The translations under genes were made by a program, and so were the position numbers. This document shows positions 36,334 through 52,512 of a DNA stretch of 64,000 bases, piece after piece (position 1 is the stretch's first letter; each line of letters opens with the position of its first letter). Under the pieces are notes generated by a model. It had not been told where the DNA came from and did not search any database. It saw only the letters and a list, made by a program, of their open reading frames with translations. Origin of the DNA: Schmidtea polychroa (lineage: Eukaryota); contig CM097885.1 of NCBI GenBank assembly GCA_044892525.1, forward strand, positions 8,744,001-8,808,000. Direction: 5' to 3'.

Positions 36334-36914
36334 ATTTTTATACTATTTTACCAAGCAATAGTTGCCCATTAATTCATCCAGATAATCAAGCCAGCAAATT
36401 CATGGTCAATCTCCAGAATCCGATTTCTTTAAATGGTGACTGGGAAGTTGCACTGCAAGATTTTACATTCGTGTACAACACATTCCTATTTTATAGTCAA
36501 TGTAAGATTTATTTCAAAAGATCTCATACTGCTTCCAGCTCAATTTTCAAAAACTTTGGTGTTACTTCATTGACTTTGTCTAAAATTACTGATTATAGAG
36601 AAACATATACTCAAGATTTCGAAAGTGATAATTACTGTGCTACATATATGCAAAGTATTGTTAGAAATCTGGGTTATTTAGATAAAAACTTGAATTGTGG
36701 AATAACTCTTGAAGAATTTAAAATCAAATACCCATTTTTCACATTTGTTTTAGCCCCCGAGTTTGATTTAAATCAGAGTCAACTACCACAAAACGTCAAT
36801 TTACGACTGGATATAAAGTTTGCAAAGGCCATTACAGAACTGGTACATGTTATTATATATGGAGTATTGGAAAATGAAGTTCAAATTACTGCAAATAGAA
36901 CCGTGCTAATATAA
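36279..36914 (+). CDS. Penton/major capsid chimera, copy 2
   Basis: As copy 1, with one N to I change. Confidence 0.65.
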   Translation: MAWISKPIMDIRKGPSKVNFYTILPSNSCPLIHPDNQASKFMVNLQNPISLNGDWEVALQDFTFVYNTFLFYSQCKIYFKRSHTASSSIFKNFGVTSLTLSKITDYRETYTQDFESDNYCATYMQSIVRNLGYLDKNLNCGITLEEFKIKYPFFTFVLAPEFDLNQSQLPQNVNLRLDIKFAKAITELVHVIIYGVLENEVQITANRTVLI

Positions 36915-38948
36915 ATGTAAACAGAAATATAGAAATTTGTCATGGTACGTCTGTGTAATTCTTCACAGAAATTATTAACATTCTGTTCGAAACCAACTTT
37001 TCGAAAATCCACGAAAATAGATGATGACCTGATTTCGGTTTTATTGAGGAAGGATTGTATCTGTTTGAATAGACCTAGTTACATTGCTCAAACTGTACTA
37101 GATTTATCCAAACTCAGGATGTACCAGCAGCAGTATGAACAGTTGCAAAAATATCGCGACGAATTCAACTGCGAAATTAATATTGTTTCTGCGGACAGAG
37201 ATTCCTTCTTCTTGGCAATTAAACATTGTAGTCTTGACATTCTTTTACCTGCGATGATTAGATACTCAGAGTATATATAATAAAACCAACTAACTTCATC
37301 AAATTTATCATTGAATCAGTCAAATTATCATAAATTTTGGTTTATTGGATGGATAAATTTAATCTTTCAATGCAACTACTCGGTAAAATTGTACAGTAAT
37401 ATTTATTTCAAATTTCAAGTACAGTGATTTACATTTAGAACAAAAATTTAATTATAACTTGTTTTATCAATAGATTTATAAATTATTTAGGGCCAAAATT
37501 TTTTACATGTCTTTTAGGGAAATATTTGTGATATTTGGAATTAAAGTTAGAATTATAGTCATTTAAAATCCTTTAATCAATTTGCTGACTTTAATAATTT
37601 TGTTCAATAAATGTCAATCGCAGGTATAATACAGAATGGCTGGTGGCAAACCGTCGTCAAAGGAGCCTAGCCAGGATTCGTCGTACACGCTGGAGGAAAA
37701 CACCACTGCTAGCCCCCTACCAAATCAGTTTCAAGGTTGCGAACCGAGTGGATTTGGTATAAAATCCATGGAATGATGGTTATCACCAGATGCGAACCGA
37801 CCTCGCTAGCGGGAAGATCTGTCTCGCCACTCCCAAGACGAAGGCTCTCCCAAATCCGGCCTTAGAGGCGAATGACGACAGTGCCGTCACCGCTACCCAG
37901 GACGCAATCCCGAACAGCCTGTAAACAGATCAAAAAATTAGGTCAGGGGTCCTGGAAAATCCCAGTGGGAACACCCGGGTCTGATTAGACCCTACACTGC
38001 TCGCCGAGCTGAATGCATGGCACGCCAGGTCAGAACGAGAGTCTAGAGCAGCACTCTCTGCCCAGGAGGCCAACCCCCGGAAAGTGGCCGACACCGTAAA
38101 TCAGTAACACTGGCAACGGCCAACGGGAATCTGGCGCAAATAACAATCCCCGAACATAAAATATTGTGATTCGTTAACTTTTAACTTTTGTGTTGACTTA
38201 GTTATTATTAAACTGTTTGTTTAATCTTTATTTAATTATAATTATCATGCATACGGAGAACATAAATAGCCAGCAAGGTGTTTTCGAAGTTTTATTGATA
38301 ATTTAAAAATTTTTTTTTAAATAACAAAATAAAGACATAGTATATAACAAAGAACTATTACAAAACAATTATAAATTACACGACAAAGACATATTACGTA
38401 ACAAAGACATGTTATGTACCAAAGACATGATATGTAACAAAGGAATATTACATAACAAAGTCATAAATTTAAACAAAGCCTTATTACATAAGAAAGACAT
38501 TTTAACAAACACATAAATTAAAAAAAAACTGACTATTACATAACAAAGACATATGACTCATAAATATTACGTAACAAAAACATTTTAACAAAGAAACATG
38601 ACTCATCATACTTTTTAAATATATTACGTTGCGTTATTTTAATTTTAAATATATTTTAAATACTTATTTTGACGCTAAAGTCGACAGAATAAAATTATTG
38701 CATATACTTTGCACATACTTTGCAATATTATTATTATTATATATAGTCTGAGTTTATCCGACAAGATATTCTGTCCCCCTATGGGTACTGCTTACAAAGG
38801 TACTGCTAAAAAATATTCAAGGCAAAACTTTAACATATTATTATTACACACACACACACATATAATGTATAAAAAATTGTTCACAAAGGTACTGCTAAAA
38901 ATACTCAAGGCAATAAAATCAATACATTTATTAAATAATTTAACCACA

Positions 38949-40280
38949 TCATTGAAAATAATCATGTCCAAAATAATTATCATCTGCTGGATCATGGAAA
39001 TCATCTGGATCATCTGCTGAGACAGCTTCTGTTGAATCTATAAATATATCGGTGTCACCTCCCCTATAATGGCCATATGCCAAACTTTGAATTTTATCCA
39101 CCCAATTTCGCTTATCATCTCTACATGTCAAGGCTCTTTTATTATTTTTAATACCAAAAAGTTGGTGATTTTTCGATGTTATTCTAAATTGAGGGACTGT
39201 GTATATTTTATCGTTTAAATAACAATCTAGATACGACTGATGTGTTAGTCCCTTAGCCTTCATACTTTCATCATCACCCATTAAACTGTAACATTTAGGT
39301 CTCAAGAATACCCAATCTTCATATAATAAACCTTTATTCTCGTCTTTGAATTTACCAATGACAGAATCAAGGTTCCTACTATATAAAGGATGATTTGGGT
39401 CAAAATTCGAAGTATCTAATAATTGATCTCTAATCATCGCAGGTAAAAGAATGTCAAGACTACAATGTTTAATTGCCAAGAAGAAGGAATCTCTGTCCGC
39501 AGAAACAATATTAATTTCGCAGTTGAATTCGTCGCGATATTTTTGCAACTGTTCATACTGCTGCTGGTACATCCTGAGTTTGGATAAATCTAGTACAGTT
39601 TGAGCAATGTAACTAGGTCTATTCAAACAGATACAATATTTCCTCAATAAAACCGAAATCAGGTCATCATCTATTTTCGTGGATTTTCGAAAAGTTGGTT
39701 TCGAACAGAATGTTAATAATTTCTGTGAAGAATTACACAGACGTAAATTAATACGTTTTTTTAAGATTTTCAACTGTCTTGCCGTAAAAGACTGTTGTTT
39801 AATAATTTATAAAAATTTTTATCAAGTTTATTTCTCGGCGCTGCTCGTAACACCGTATTTGTGTTAATATAATTTTTGAAAATTTTATCTTGTTTAAATT
39901 TAATTGCTCTATGAGTTTTTGATATTTTAACACCTAATTTAATAAATATTTGCAGAAGCCTCCAATGAAGAACGTAGTTCATCTTGGGGCTGTGTGTAAG
40001 CAACATCTTCTCTATTTTCGAACCCGGTACACACATCTTTTCAGCGGCAACGGGAAGATCGTCCAGTTTGTCGTGAATTGACGTCGGTATTTCTAAATCC
40101 ACGTCTATGGTATAACCATAATCAAGTAGATCTAAATCTACCGTTGTGCACTCAACAATTATATTATTTAATAAATTATCATCTGTAACCCATTAAAAGT
40201 CAGTGCAAGGTAATGGTTGACTTAAAGCCCAACCATATAAATTATTTATATCTATGTAAAGCAAAGCGGTATCCATCATG
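38949..40280 (-). pseudogene. pPolB pseudogene, copy 2
   Basis: As copy 1. Confidence 0.9.
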
Positions 40281-43200
40281 TTGTTGCACGATTTTTTTTT
40301 GTTGCAACTTTTTATTACGCAATTGTTCCACACTATAGTGAGGGGGTCTCGATGGTCCTGGGATTTTCAATACAAAAAATTTTTTTCAATACAAAAACGA
40401 TGGTCCTGGGATTTTCAATACAAAAAAAAATTTTTCGATACAAAAACGATGGTCCTGGGATTTTCAATACAAATAAAATTTTTTCTATACAAAAATCCGA
40501 CTACCAATAAAAAAGCATGGAATTTTCAGACTATAGTGAGGGGGTCTCGATGGTCCTGGGATTTTCAATACAAATAAATTTTTTTCAATACAAAAATCGA
40601 CTACCACTAAAAAAGCATGGAATTTTCACACTATAGTGCGGGGGTCTCGATGGTCCTGGGATTTTCAATACAAATAAAATTTTTTCTATACAAAAATCCG
40701 ACTACCAATAAAAAAGCATGGAATTTTCAGACTATAGTGAGGGGGTCTCGATGGTCCTGGGATTTTCAATACAAATAAATTTTTTTCAATACAAAAATCC
40801 GACTACCACTAAAAAAGCATGGAATTTTCACACTATAGTGCGGGAGTCTCGATGGTCCTGGGATTTTCAATACAAAAATCCGACTACCACTAAAAAAGCA
40901 TGGATTTTTCTAGGTCAATTCAGGTGGGTCTCCTTGGTCCTGGGATTTTCAATACAAAAAAAATTTTTCAATACAAAAAGCTGGTCTACACTAAAAAAGC
41001 ATGGTAATTTAAGGTCTCAGGATTTTTTCAATACAAAAAGCTGGTCTACACTAAAAAAGCCAAGGATTTTTCAGACTATAGTGAGGTGAGTCTCCTTGGT
41101 CCTGAGAAAAAGGTGGTCTACACTAAAAAACGTGGTAAATTTTTTCAATTAAAGTAAATAATGGTCCTAAAAATTTAAATTACAGTAAATTATGGTCCAA
41201 ATTTTTCAAATACAGTAAATTATGGTCCTAAAAAATTAGATTACAGTAAATAATGGTCAAAAATTTAGAATTACAGTAAATTATGGTTCTAAAAATTAAA
41301 TTACAGTAAATAATGGTTCTAAAAAATTAAATTACAGTAAATAATCGTTCTAAAAATTAAATTACAGTAAATTATGGCTCAAATTTTTGAATTACAGTAA
41401 ATTATGGGTCTAAAAAATTAAATTAAATTAAATAATGGTCCAAATTTTTCAATTACAGTAAATTATGGTCCTAAAAAATTAAATTACAGTAAATTATGGT
41501 TCTAAAAATTAAATTACAGTAAATAATCGTTCTAAAAATTAAATTACAGTAAATTATGGCTCAAATTTTTGAATTACAGTAAATTATGGGTCTAAAAAAT
41601 TAAATTACAGTAAATAATGGTCCAGATTTTTCCATTACAGTAAATTATGGTCCTAAAAAATTAAATTACAGTAAATTATGGCTCAAATTTTTCAATTAAA
41701 GTAAATTATGGTCAAAATTTTTGAATTACAGTAAATTTTGGGTCTAAAAATTAAATTAAAGTAAATTATGGTTCTAAAAATTAAATTAAAAGTAAATTAT
41801 GGGTCTAAAAATTAAATCACAGTAAATTATGGTCCTATAAAATTAAATTACAGTAAATTAAATTACAGTTAATTATGGTCCAAATTTTTGAATTACAGTA
41901 AATTATGGTCAATAATTATGAATTACAGTAAATTATGGCCAAAATTTTTTAATTACAGTAAATTATGGTCCAAAAATTTAAATTAAAGTAAATTATGGTT
42001 CTAAAAATTGAATTAAAGTAAATAATGGTCCAAACTTTTAAATTAAAGTAAATTTAAGTTCTTAAAACTTAAATTAAAGTAAATAATGGTCCAAATTTTT
42101 CAAATACAGTAAATTATGGGTCAAAAAATTAAATTACAGTAAATTAAGGTTCTAAAAAATTAAAATAAAGTAAATTAAGGTCAAAATTTTTAAATTAAGT
42201 AATCAATGGTAAAAATTTAAATTAAAGTTAAATAAGTAAATTAAAGTAATAATTTTTAAATAAGTAAATTAAAGTAAATTAAAGTAATAATTTTTAAATA
42301 AGTAAATTAAAGTAATGTAATAAGTAAATTAAAGTAAGATTTTAAAATTTATTAACAAAAAGTTGAAGGTGTTTGAGAATTGAAATTTTTTAATGAAAAT
42401 TTTTATGGAATAATTTTTTAAGTAATTTTTAATGGAAATTTTTATGAAATAACTTTTTAAGTTAATTTTTAATGGAAATTTTTATGAAATAATTATTTAA
42501 GTTAATTTTTAATGGAAATTTTTATGAAATATTTTTCAATGATAATTTTAGATTGAAATTTTTAAGATAATTTTTAATGAAAATTTTTATGAAATATTTT
42601 TCAAAGACAAATTTTAATAATAATTCAACAACAAACCAACAACTTAGTACCAACAACCAGTAACGTACGAACATGTATTAACAACCAGATACCTACAACT
42701 AGTTACTAACAACTAGATACCAAGTACCTACAACTACCTACCCATTAACTAGCAACCAAGTACTAACAACCAGGTCTCAAACAACTAGATACTAACAAAC
42801 AGTTACCAAGTACCTACAACCACCTAGCCATTAACTAGCTACAACCACCTACCCATTAACTAGCTACCAAGTACTAACAACCAGGCCTCAAATAACTAAA
42901 TACTAACAACCAAAAACATGCAACCAACTTGCTACCAAGTACTAACAACCAACAACAACCAGGTACTAAGCATTAATTACCAACTACTAAGTACCTACAA
43001 CCTACAACTAGATACCAAGTACTATCAACCAAAAACAACCAACCAACTAGGTACTAGATACCAAGTACTCACAACCGACAACAACCAAGTACTAAGCATT
43101 ATTAACCAACTACTAAGTACCTACAACTAGATACTAACAACCAAAAACAACCAACCAACTAGGTACTAGATACCAAGTACTAACAACCTACAACAACTAG

Positions 43201-44547
43201 GTACTAAGCATTATCAACCAAGTACCTAAAACCACCTAACAAGTACATACAACCAACATCAACCAAGTACTAAGCATTAATTACCACCTACCCATTAACT
43301 AGCTACCAAGTACTAACAACCAGGTCTCAAACAACTAAATACTAACAACCAGTTACCAACTACTAAGTAGCTACAACCAACTAGTTACCTGATACCAAGT
43401 ACTTACAACTAAATACTAACAACCAGTTACCTGATACCTAGTACTTACAACCAACAACAACCAAGTACTAAGCATTATCAACCAACTAAATACTAAACAC
43501 TAACAACCAACCAACTAGGTACTAGATAGCAAGTACTTACAACCAACATCAACCAGATACCTACAACTAGATACTAACAACCAGTTACCTGCTACCAAGT
43601 ACTTACAACTAGATACCACGTACTAACTAACTCTCAACCCCACCTACCCATTAACTAGCTACTAAGTACTAACAACCAGCTAACAACTAGATACCAAGTA
43701 CTTACAACCAACATCAACCAGATACTAAGCATTATCAACCAACTAAATACTAAGTACTAACAACCAACCAACTAGGTACTAGATACCAAGTACTTACAAC
43801 CAACATCAACCAGGTACTAAGCATTATCAACCAACTACTAAGTACCTACAACCAACTAGCTACCACCTACCAAGTACTAACAACCAGTTACCTGATACCA
43901 AGTACTAACAACCTACAACAATTAGCTAACAACTAACTACCACCTACCAAGTACCTACAACTAGATACTAACAACCAGTTACCCATTAACTAGCTACAAC
44001 CAGCACTCAACTAGCTACCAACTACTAAGTACCTACAACCAACTAGCTACCACCTACCAAGTACTAACAACCAGTTACCAACTACTAAGCATTAATATCC
44101 TACAACTAGTTACTAACAACTAGATACCAAGTACATACAACCAGACACTAAGCATTATCAACCAAGTACTAACAACCAAGTAACTTGCCTAGTACTAAGC
44201 ACTGTCAACTAGATACCAAACACTTACAACCAGATGACCACATGAAATTATTGGTTAAATATGAAAATAAGGATTATATTTAGTTGTTAAGTAAATTATG
44301 GTGTAAAATTAAGAAATAAAGAATAATTAGGTAAATTAAGGATAAGTAAATTAAAGTTAAAAATTTTAAATTAAAGAAAACAATGGTTCAAAATTTAAAA
44401 TTAAGTATCCAATGGTTCAAATTTTAAATTAAAGCTAAATAAGTAAATTAAAGTAAGATTTTTAAATTTATTATCAAAAGATTGAATAACCACCAACTTT
44501 TTTGAGAAATGTAATTTATAATGAGAATTTAAATGGAAATTTTAATG

Positions 44548-44602
<55 letters not shown>

Positions 44603-45224
44603 TCAACAGTTCCCAACAATCGGTTACTAAATATTTTTAACTAGATGCTAACAAATAAATACCAAATACTTTCAACATGATCCCACATACTAACTAACTA
44701 ACTCTCAAACAACCAAGTAAAAACAATCAAGTACCAACAATCAACTAAATATTCTTTATTGTATTTTATGAATTGTATTTTTTATACAGCTTCTATAATA
44801 ATTTTAATTACAATCAGTAGAAAAACCTTTTCAAAATGTCTAAATTTAACAAAAATGTTGATTTTCATCAAAAAACCACAGCTCAATCACTTTAAAACAC
44901 CACGTGAAATTCAAAATAATTTAAATTACAATGAAAGACTAATGAATTCTAATTTACAAAACATTCTTCTTTTAAATGATAACTACTGACTTATTATTGC
45001 AATGTAAAAATCGCATTCAATAAATACTTATTGTTGATCAGTTTTATTATATATACTCTGAGTTTATCCGACAGGATGTTTTGACCCCCTAAGGGTACAG
45101 GTCGTAAGGGTACTGGTCGTAAGGGTATTAGTCGTAAGGGTACTGGTCGTAAAGGTACTAGTCGTAGGGGTATTGATCACTCTCAATCCCCACCTACTCA
45201 TTAATTAGCTACCATGTAAATAAA

Positions 45225-45282
<58 letters not shown>

Positions 45283-45431
45283 CTTTAAACAGCTTGCAAG
45301 GTTACTAGTCATGCTTATTATACATTTGATGGTTACAATTTCTACATTTTGAAAACTATATTTTGATTGGCTATCACAATTTTATAAATGTAAGAACAAA
45401 AGTAATTTAGTTATTAAGAAATTTATTACTA

Positions 45432-46070
45432 ATGATTTCTATAAATAAAACTGATGAATGTGTAACACATTTGGTAACTTTATTATTTTGTCAATATTTT
45501 TTTTATATATACCATTTATAGCAAGGAAGTCCTACTAGAAATAAGGAAAAATTATGTCCAACCTATTCCGAAATTTCATTGAAATTTTTTAACAACACAG
45601 TTGAAGATTTTATAAATAATCATGATACTTACAGTGATAAGCAACTCATAAATATTTTAAAGATTTTCAAACATTCCTCTATTGAATATTTGTTTGATTT
45701 ATTTAATTATGAGAAATCCATTTTAAAGTTATCTTGTTATTTAATGTACTTAGAAAAAATAGCAGTAAACAATGATTCACTGAATGAATACTTTTGGAGT
45801 TGTATGTATTTAAGGTTGAAACCTGGATATAGTAGATTGATTTATGATTGGATAGCAAAAACCGATTTGATTGAAAATAAGCTAACGAAAAAACTGAACG
45901 AGGTTAAGAAAAGGTATTTAACTTGTTCAATTTGTAAAGAAAATCGAGTTTCGGTTTTGTATTTACCACGTGGTCATGTAATTGTTTGTTCTAAGTGTCA
46001 CGAGAAGAATGTTCGCAAGTGTCAAGCCTGTTCAACATTGATTAATGAATATCATACTATATATATTTAG
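45432..46070 (+). CDS. RING protein, copy 3
   Basis: Same translation as 6093-6731. Confidence 0.7.
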
Positions 46071-46232
46071 TTTACCTTTGTTAATTTTACATTATTTTAT
46101 TGTTTAAATAAATGTATGTTTTGTTGATTTGTTGATTTGTTGAGCGTGACCAGTACCCTTGTGAGCATTACCCATAGGGGGACAAAATATTTTGTCGGAT
46201 AGACTCGGAGTATATAGACTCGGTGTATATAG

Positions 46233-46319
<87 letters not shown>

Positions 46320-48816
46320 TATAATATCTTTAGATATAGTAATCCTAATAACACGATATATGGCTCATTCGAAAGGCCTTGGATTGAGCTTTAAAATGAG
46401 CTATCGATTATTAATTTTCGTTGACGGGAACTTTGAAAAAAAAAATTTAAAATAAAATAATAATATTTTTTAAAAATAATAATAAAAATAATAATATTTT
46501 TAAAAATAATAATATGACCTTGATGACTCATCGCGATGACTCATATGACCTTGAGAATGACCTTGGATGAGTCATGCGACCTTGAAAATGACCTTGATGA
46601 GTCATATGACCTTGAGAATGACATTGAATGAGTCATATGACCTTGAGAATGACCTTGAATGAGTCATATGACATTGAGAATGACCTTGAATGAGTCATAT
46701 GACCTTGAGAATGACCTTGAATGAGCCATGGTCTTTGTTTAAATGACCTTGAAAATTTTTATGACTCATCGGATGAGTCATATGACCTTGAAAATGACAT
46801 TGATGAGTCATAGTATGAGTCACATGACCTTGAAAATGATCTTGATGAGTCATGGGCTTTGTTTAAATGACCCCGAGAAAATTTTTTGACCTTGATGAGT
46901 CATATTATGAGTCATATGACCTTGAAAATGATCTTGATGAGTCATGGTCTTTGTTTAAATGACCTTGAGAATTTTGATGAGTCATAGGATGAGTCATGGT
47001 CTTTGTTTCAATGACCTTGATAAGTCATATGTCTTTGTTTAAATTTGACCTTGAAAAAAAATGTACTTTTAGACTTAGAATATTTTTGAAAATCTTACCG
47101 ACGGGGGAGGGGGGGTACTGTGCTAGCGGTGCCCTGTGCCAGCGGTGCCCAATCCATCTACTGCTATATAGTAAGAGCTCACTAAAAGATCAAAAATAAA
47201 GTTTTTCTACAAATATTTCGCCCATCAAATACTAAATAGAAATGATATATATTGATTGATTATAATTCTTCAGCTATTCAGCCAATCATTTTCAAGCAAA
47301 AATAGCAAACTAAATCACAAATTTCAGTACAATAATTTTCAAGTAAATTTAAATTCCTTGATAAAGTTAACTGGTTTCTTAGCTTATGTTTTTTAAAAGT
47401 TCATCAATGTGTAAATGGAAAAAATATTCTTCGAAAATTATTGAAAAGATTATTTAGTCAAATATCATTATAAAGTCATCAAAAAGTAAACCTATCACTT
47501 GATTATTAACCTAACAGTCATTAAAAATTAATTTTTATATAAAATTAAAATACAAGTCAAAAGGATTTAGCAAATTATCAAGAAAATCCATTAAAATCAC
47601 CATTAAAAATTTAATTTTTAATCAATCAACATGAAATTCATAAAACTATTAAGTCAAATTCAATATCATTACAAAGTCATAATCAAATTAAATACTTATC
47701 TTTAAATTCTAATCTTTAAAGACAGAGATATTTCAAGGAAATTTGATGTTTTTAGATGATTTTATTAGAGAATTCTGTTGGATACAACAAATGGTAAAAT
47801 ATTGTCATTTAAATGAATTTACTGGTTTAGTAGATGTTATCAATAGTGGGCTTAAATCAATCTCTTTTGTTATTTGTTTCTAAGATATTGTTGACTTTGA
47901 TAATTTTTAATGAATTTATGCTGAATATTTGGAATATTTTGAGCAATCAGTCAATAAATTTGAGTATATATATTTTATTATTAAAAATATTAATATAAGG
48001 TATCTGGTTGTGAGTATCTAGTTGTAGGTATCTGGATGTAAATACGTGTTCGTAAGTTACTGGTTGATGATAATAAGTTTTTAGTATCTTGTACTTGGTA
48101 GTTGGTAGCTGATTGTTGGTTTGTTGTTGAATTAATATTATCAAACATAATTATTTAAATTTGTCTTTGAAAAATATATCATTAAAATTTTCATTAAAAA
48201 TTATCTTAAAAAATTATTCCATAAAAATTTTCATTAATATTTATTTAAAAAATTATTTCATAAAAATTCTATTACAAATTGACTTAAAAAAGTCATAATC
48301 AACAAAATTTATCCTATCACTTGATTATTATACAAACCTATCTGTCATTAAAAATATATTTTTTATTTAAAATTTTAAAACAAGTCAATAAAAACACAGC
48401 AAATTATCAAAAAATTAATTAAATTTACCTTAAAATTAACAATAAATTTTTAAATATTCTTTCAATCAACATGAAATTCACGAAAATGATAGAAATTCAC
48501 AAAAATGATAGAAATTCACAAAAATGATAGAAATTTACAAAAATGATAGATATATACATGAATATTTACTAAAACCATCAATTCTAGAAAACTACTAATG
48601 AATGCCTTCAACAACAAATTTACCTAAATAAACATTCAAATAAAGTATTAAAACCAAATACTGGTCGAAACAATTATTATTATTATTATTATCATTATTA
48701 TTTTCAAAGTATCATTTTCAAAATATTTTTTCTTTATTATTATTATTATTATTGAATAAATAGTTAAACATCCATGGCAATGATTTAATTATAAGATAAC
48801 GCCAATCAAACATTCT

Positions 48817-48861
48817 TTTCACGATTAATTTCGACAGTTTTCCTGTCATCATCAGGTGGGA
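48817..48861 (-). ncRNA. Minimal hammerhead ribozyme motif, copy 3
   Basis: Identical to 9469-9513. Confidence 0.7.
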
Positions 48862-51800
48862 TATAATAACTCATTAAATTAAGGATTTTAAACAAATTTA
48901 GTTATATACAAAAAATTTTATTCATTTTATAAAAAAATATATTTTTTTTTGAAAATTTTAACATTTAAAATTTAATTTAATAATTTGAAAATATTTTATT
49001 TATTATTTAATTTAACACAAAAATCAATACATACAATACACAAAGGTTTATTTAAAAACACCCAACACACAAGTATTTACTGCATTCTGCACATTAATTT
49101 TCGGATTCAATGATTTTATCAACAACAATAAATAAAAATTTTAAACGATGAGTCATCGATGAGTCTTTGTCTATATGTCTTTGTTTAAATGTAATTGTTT
49201 AAATATTTGTTTACACGTCTTTGTTTAAATGTAATTGTTTAAATATTTGTTTACACGTCTTTGTTTAAATGTCTTTGTTCAAATATTTGTTTACGTGTCT
49301 TTGTTTAAATATTTGTTTACATGTCTTTGTTTAAATGTCTTTATTAAAAATAATGAGTCACATGTACTTTAATGATGAGTAATCGTCTTTGTTTAAAATG
49401 TTGAGTCATATGTATTTTAACGACCTTGATGGCGGCTTCTTGATGATCGGAACTGCCGCAGGAGTTCCTGAGATAGATGATGCGATAGCAGTGAACCGTC
49501 CGTGTGTATCCCGGCACGAAAATCGATAATATTCTGTATCTGCTTTCGGATTGTGATCTAGAGATCACAAGTGATCCCTTGAACCTAGACTAGACACTTC
49601 TCGATTGTGTGGAATTTTTTATATAACTTGTGAACATCGTAACCATGTTGCTAATAGCCTTCTACACTTCCTGACCAAAATCCCGACTTTTTTGGATTGA
49701 AGGGCCACCTCCGATATGTAAGGCATTACGTCATGGCCAAATTTCGCCATTTGATACATGCTATAACTGCTTTTTTTTTAAATAAGCTTAAAGCGCTATT
49801 GAAGTTTTCCAACTTACCACCAGTAGATATGACTTCATCCGAGTATCTGCTTATTACTTTTCTTTCTCTTCCTTGTTTATTTATTTCTCGCATCTTTTTG
49901 CTATTTTTCTTTCAGTGAATTGAATTTGAATTCTTCGCATTTTCCTTCATGTTTCTTCGTTTCAAATAAACTAATGGTAAAATATTTTTAATTTTTACTT
50001 TTTTATTTTCAAATTATTTTAGACTTCGAAATATTTTTAATTTGCATTTTCTAATTAAAATATATTCAATTAAAATATTGATTTAAATAATTTTTGAAAA
50101 ATAAGCTGTTTTTAAATTATGATTTGAATACATTGTTGGTATCTAGTTGCTAGTTGTTGGTATCCAATTGTTAACTGATCCTTAGTATCTAGTTAATGGG
50201 TAGGTTGGGAGGGGTTGAGTGTGACCAATACCCTTACGACCAATACCCATAGGGGACAAAACATCCTGTCGGATAAAATCAGACTATATATAATAAATCG
50301 AATTAACAATGACTACTTATTGAATAAGCATGAAATTTTTACTTTGCAATAATAAATCAGTACGTATGTTAGTAATCAATTAAAAGTTAAGCAGATCTTT
50401 TGTGAATAAAAATTATAATTCTATAGTCTTTCGTTGTAATTTTAAAATATTTAAATTATTTTCAATTCCATGTGGTGTTTTAAAGTGGCTGAGTTGACAA
50501 TTATTCATTTTTTTAACGAAAATCATCATTTTTGATAAATTTATACATTTTTCTTAGAAAGGTTTTTCTACTGTTTGTAATTCAAAATATTTATGAATTC
50601 TAACACAAATAAAAAATTTTATTTATTTGAAAAGTATTTGATAAAATACAATGAAGAATATTTAGTTAGTTGAAAGTTTTAAGTATCTAGATGTTTGAGA
50701 GTTAGTACTTTGTATTTGGTATTTAGTTGGTTGCTTGTGAGGATATATTGTTGGTATCTAGTTGTTTGTTGGCTGTTGTAATCTAGTTGTAGGTTGGTAT
50801 TTGTTAATTTCTCGATTGGATTTGTTGTTGGTTGTTAGTACTTGGTACATAGTTGTTGGTAAATGGTTTTAAGTACATGGTAGTAAGTATCCGGTTGTAA
50901 GTACTTAGTTGTATGTATTTGGTACTTATTTATTAGTACCTAGTTAAAAATTCTTAGCAGCTGATAGTTGGTACTTGGTGTTTGATTGTAAATAGTACCA
51001 AGATAGTATCTAGTGGAAAGCTGTTTGTTAGAAGTACATAGTTGTTAGTATTTGGTTGTAAGTATCTGGTGGGTTGTTAGTTCCTAGTGGTTGACACTAA
51101 TCTGTTAGTATCTAGTTTTTTGTTGGTTGTTAGCACATGGTACTTGGTATCTAGTTTTAAGTACTTGGTTGTTGTTGGTATCTAGTTGTTGAATTATTAT
51201 TACTATTATTAGGATTCTCATCTATCTTCTCGACTCCAGCATGACACAATAGTCTATGTATTTCCTTTATGGTTTCTTGTATCTCGTTTTCAGGTATCAT
51301 CGTTTTCTTTCGTAATTCTTCTTCCAAATTTATTTGTTGATTGGTGCTCCTACCTTCTTCTCTGATCGAGTCTAGTAATCTAGTTTTTATCTTTCCTTTC
51401 TTAAATTCTTCGTGAGCCATTTGACATTGAACACACGTTTCACATTTAGTTCTGGACACCATGTCTGCATTTTGGTGATTAACACCCTTTCTATATTCAA
51501 CGATTATATCCAAACTGCTCAAATAATTGATCCAGGTTTGGAATTGAGAAGTAATTGGCTTTTTGGTTGTCATCATAAACGTGATCGCCTTGTGATCTGT
51601 CCATAGCGTGAATCTTCTTCCGTAGAGATAGTGCTTAAAATGAATACAAAAAAATTATTACTGCATTCTGCACATTAATTTTCGGATTCAATGATTTTAT
51701 CAACAACAATAAATAAAAATTTTAAACGATGAGTCATCGATGAGTATTTGTCTATATTTATAATTATCATGAAAAAATTTGAAATATTTTAATAATTTCA

Positions 51801-52512
51801 TAATGAAATATTTAATTGATTTTTTCATAATTATTGATTCGAAACTTATTCGAATAAGACAAAATATTTGCATTTTTAACATTTTCACGAATAATTATTT
51901 TATTTATTTATTCGTTTTACTACAAATTTTCATTATCCCGATTGACTTATTTTAATTATTTCATAAAATTCTTGATTCAAGATTTAGATTAAATCTTCTG
52001 AGTGAATTATATTCTAATATTTGGATCAGTGAAATATCCTTATCCAATTGTGGATCATTCCCAATATTTATAACCATAACGAAATCATTATTTCAAAGAC
52101 CAAAACCCAAAAATTTCTGAATACATTAACAACCCGTTTAGTGTTTCCCAATAATATTTTATGAAAAATGTTTATTTTTATATTTTGATCTATTTTTAAT
52201 TTGTATTTTCCGTTTAAAAATGTTCTTTAAATTTCCATAAAAATTTTACTTTTTGTTATAAAAATTTAATTTAAATAATTTTATAAGATTTAAAATAAAT
52301 GAATATTTAAAATAAACACTGAAAATTAACATTAATAAAATATCGAATTTCGCTCAATGCTAAAATAAAATATTTATAAATTGTTTGTTTATCTACATTA
52401 AAATACAAATTAAAAATATTGAAATTGTAAACGTCAGAGGAAATAATTAATATAATAAGTAAGATTTATGAATGTTGTTAAATGTTAAAAATTTATAAAT
52501 GTAATAGGAATA

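Larger units (their letters stand above)
25599..45279 (+). repeat. ~19.7 kb tandem unit, copy 2
   Basis: Near-identical to copy 1, differing by a few SNPs and repeat-length changes. Confidence 0.97.
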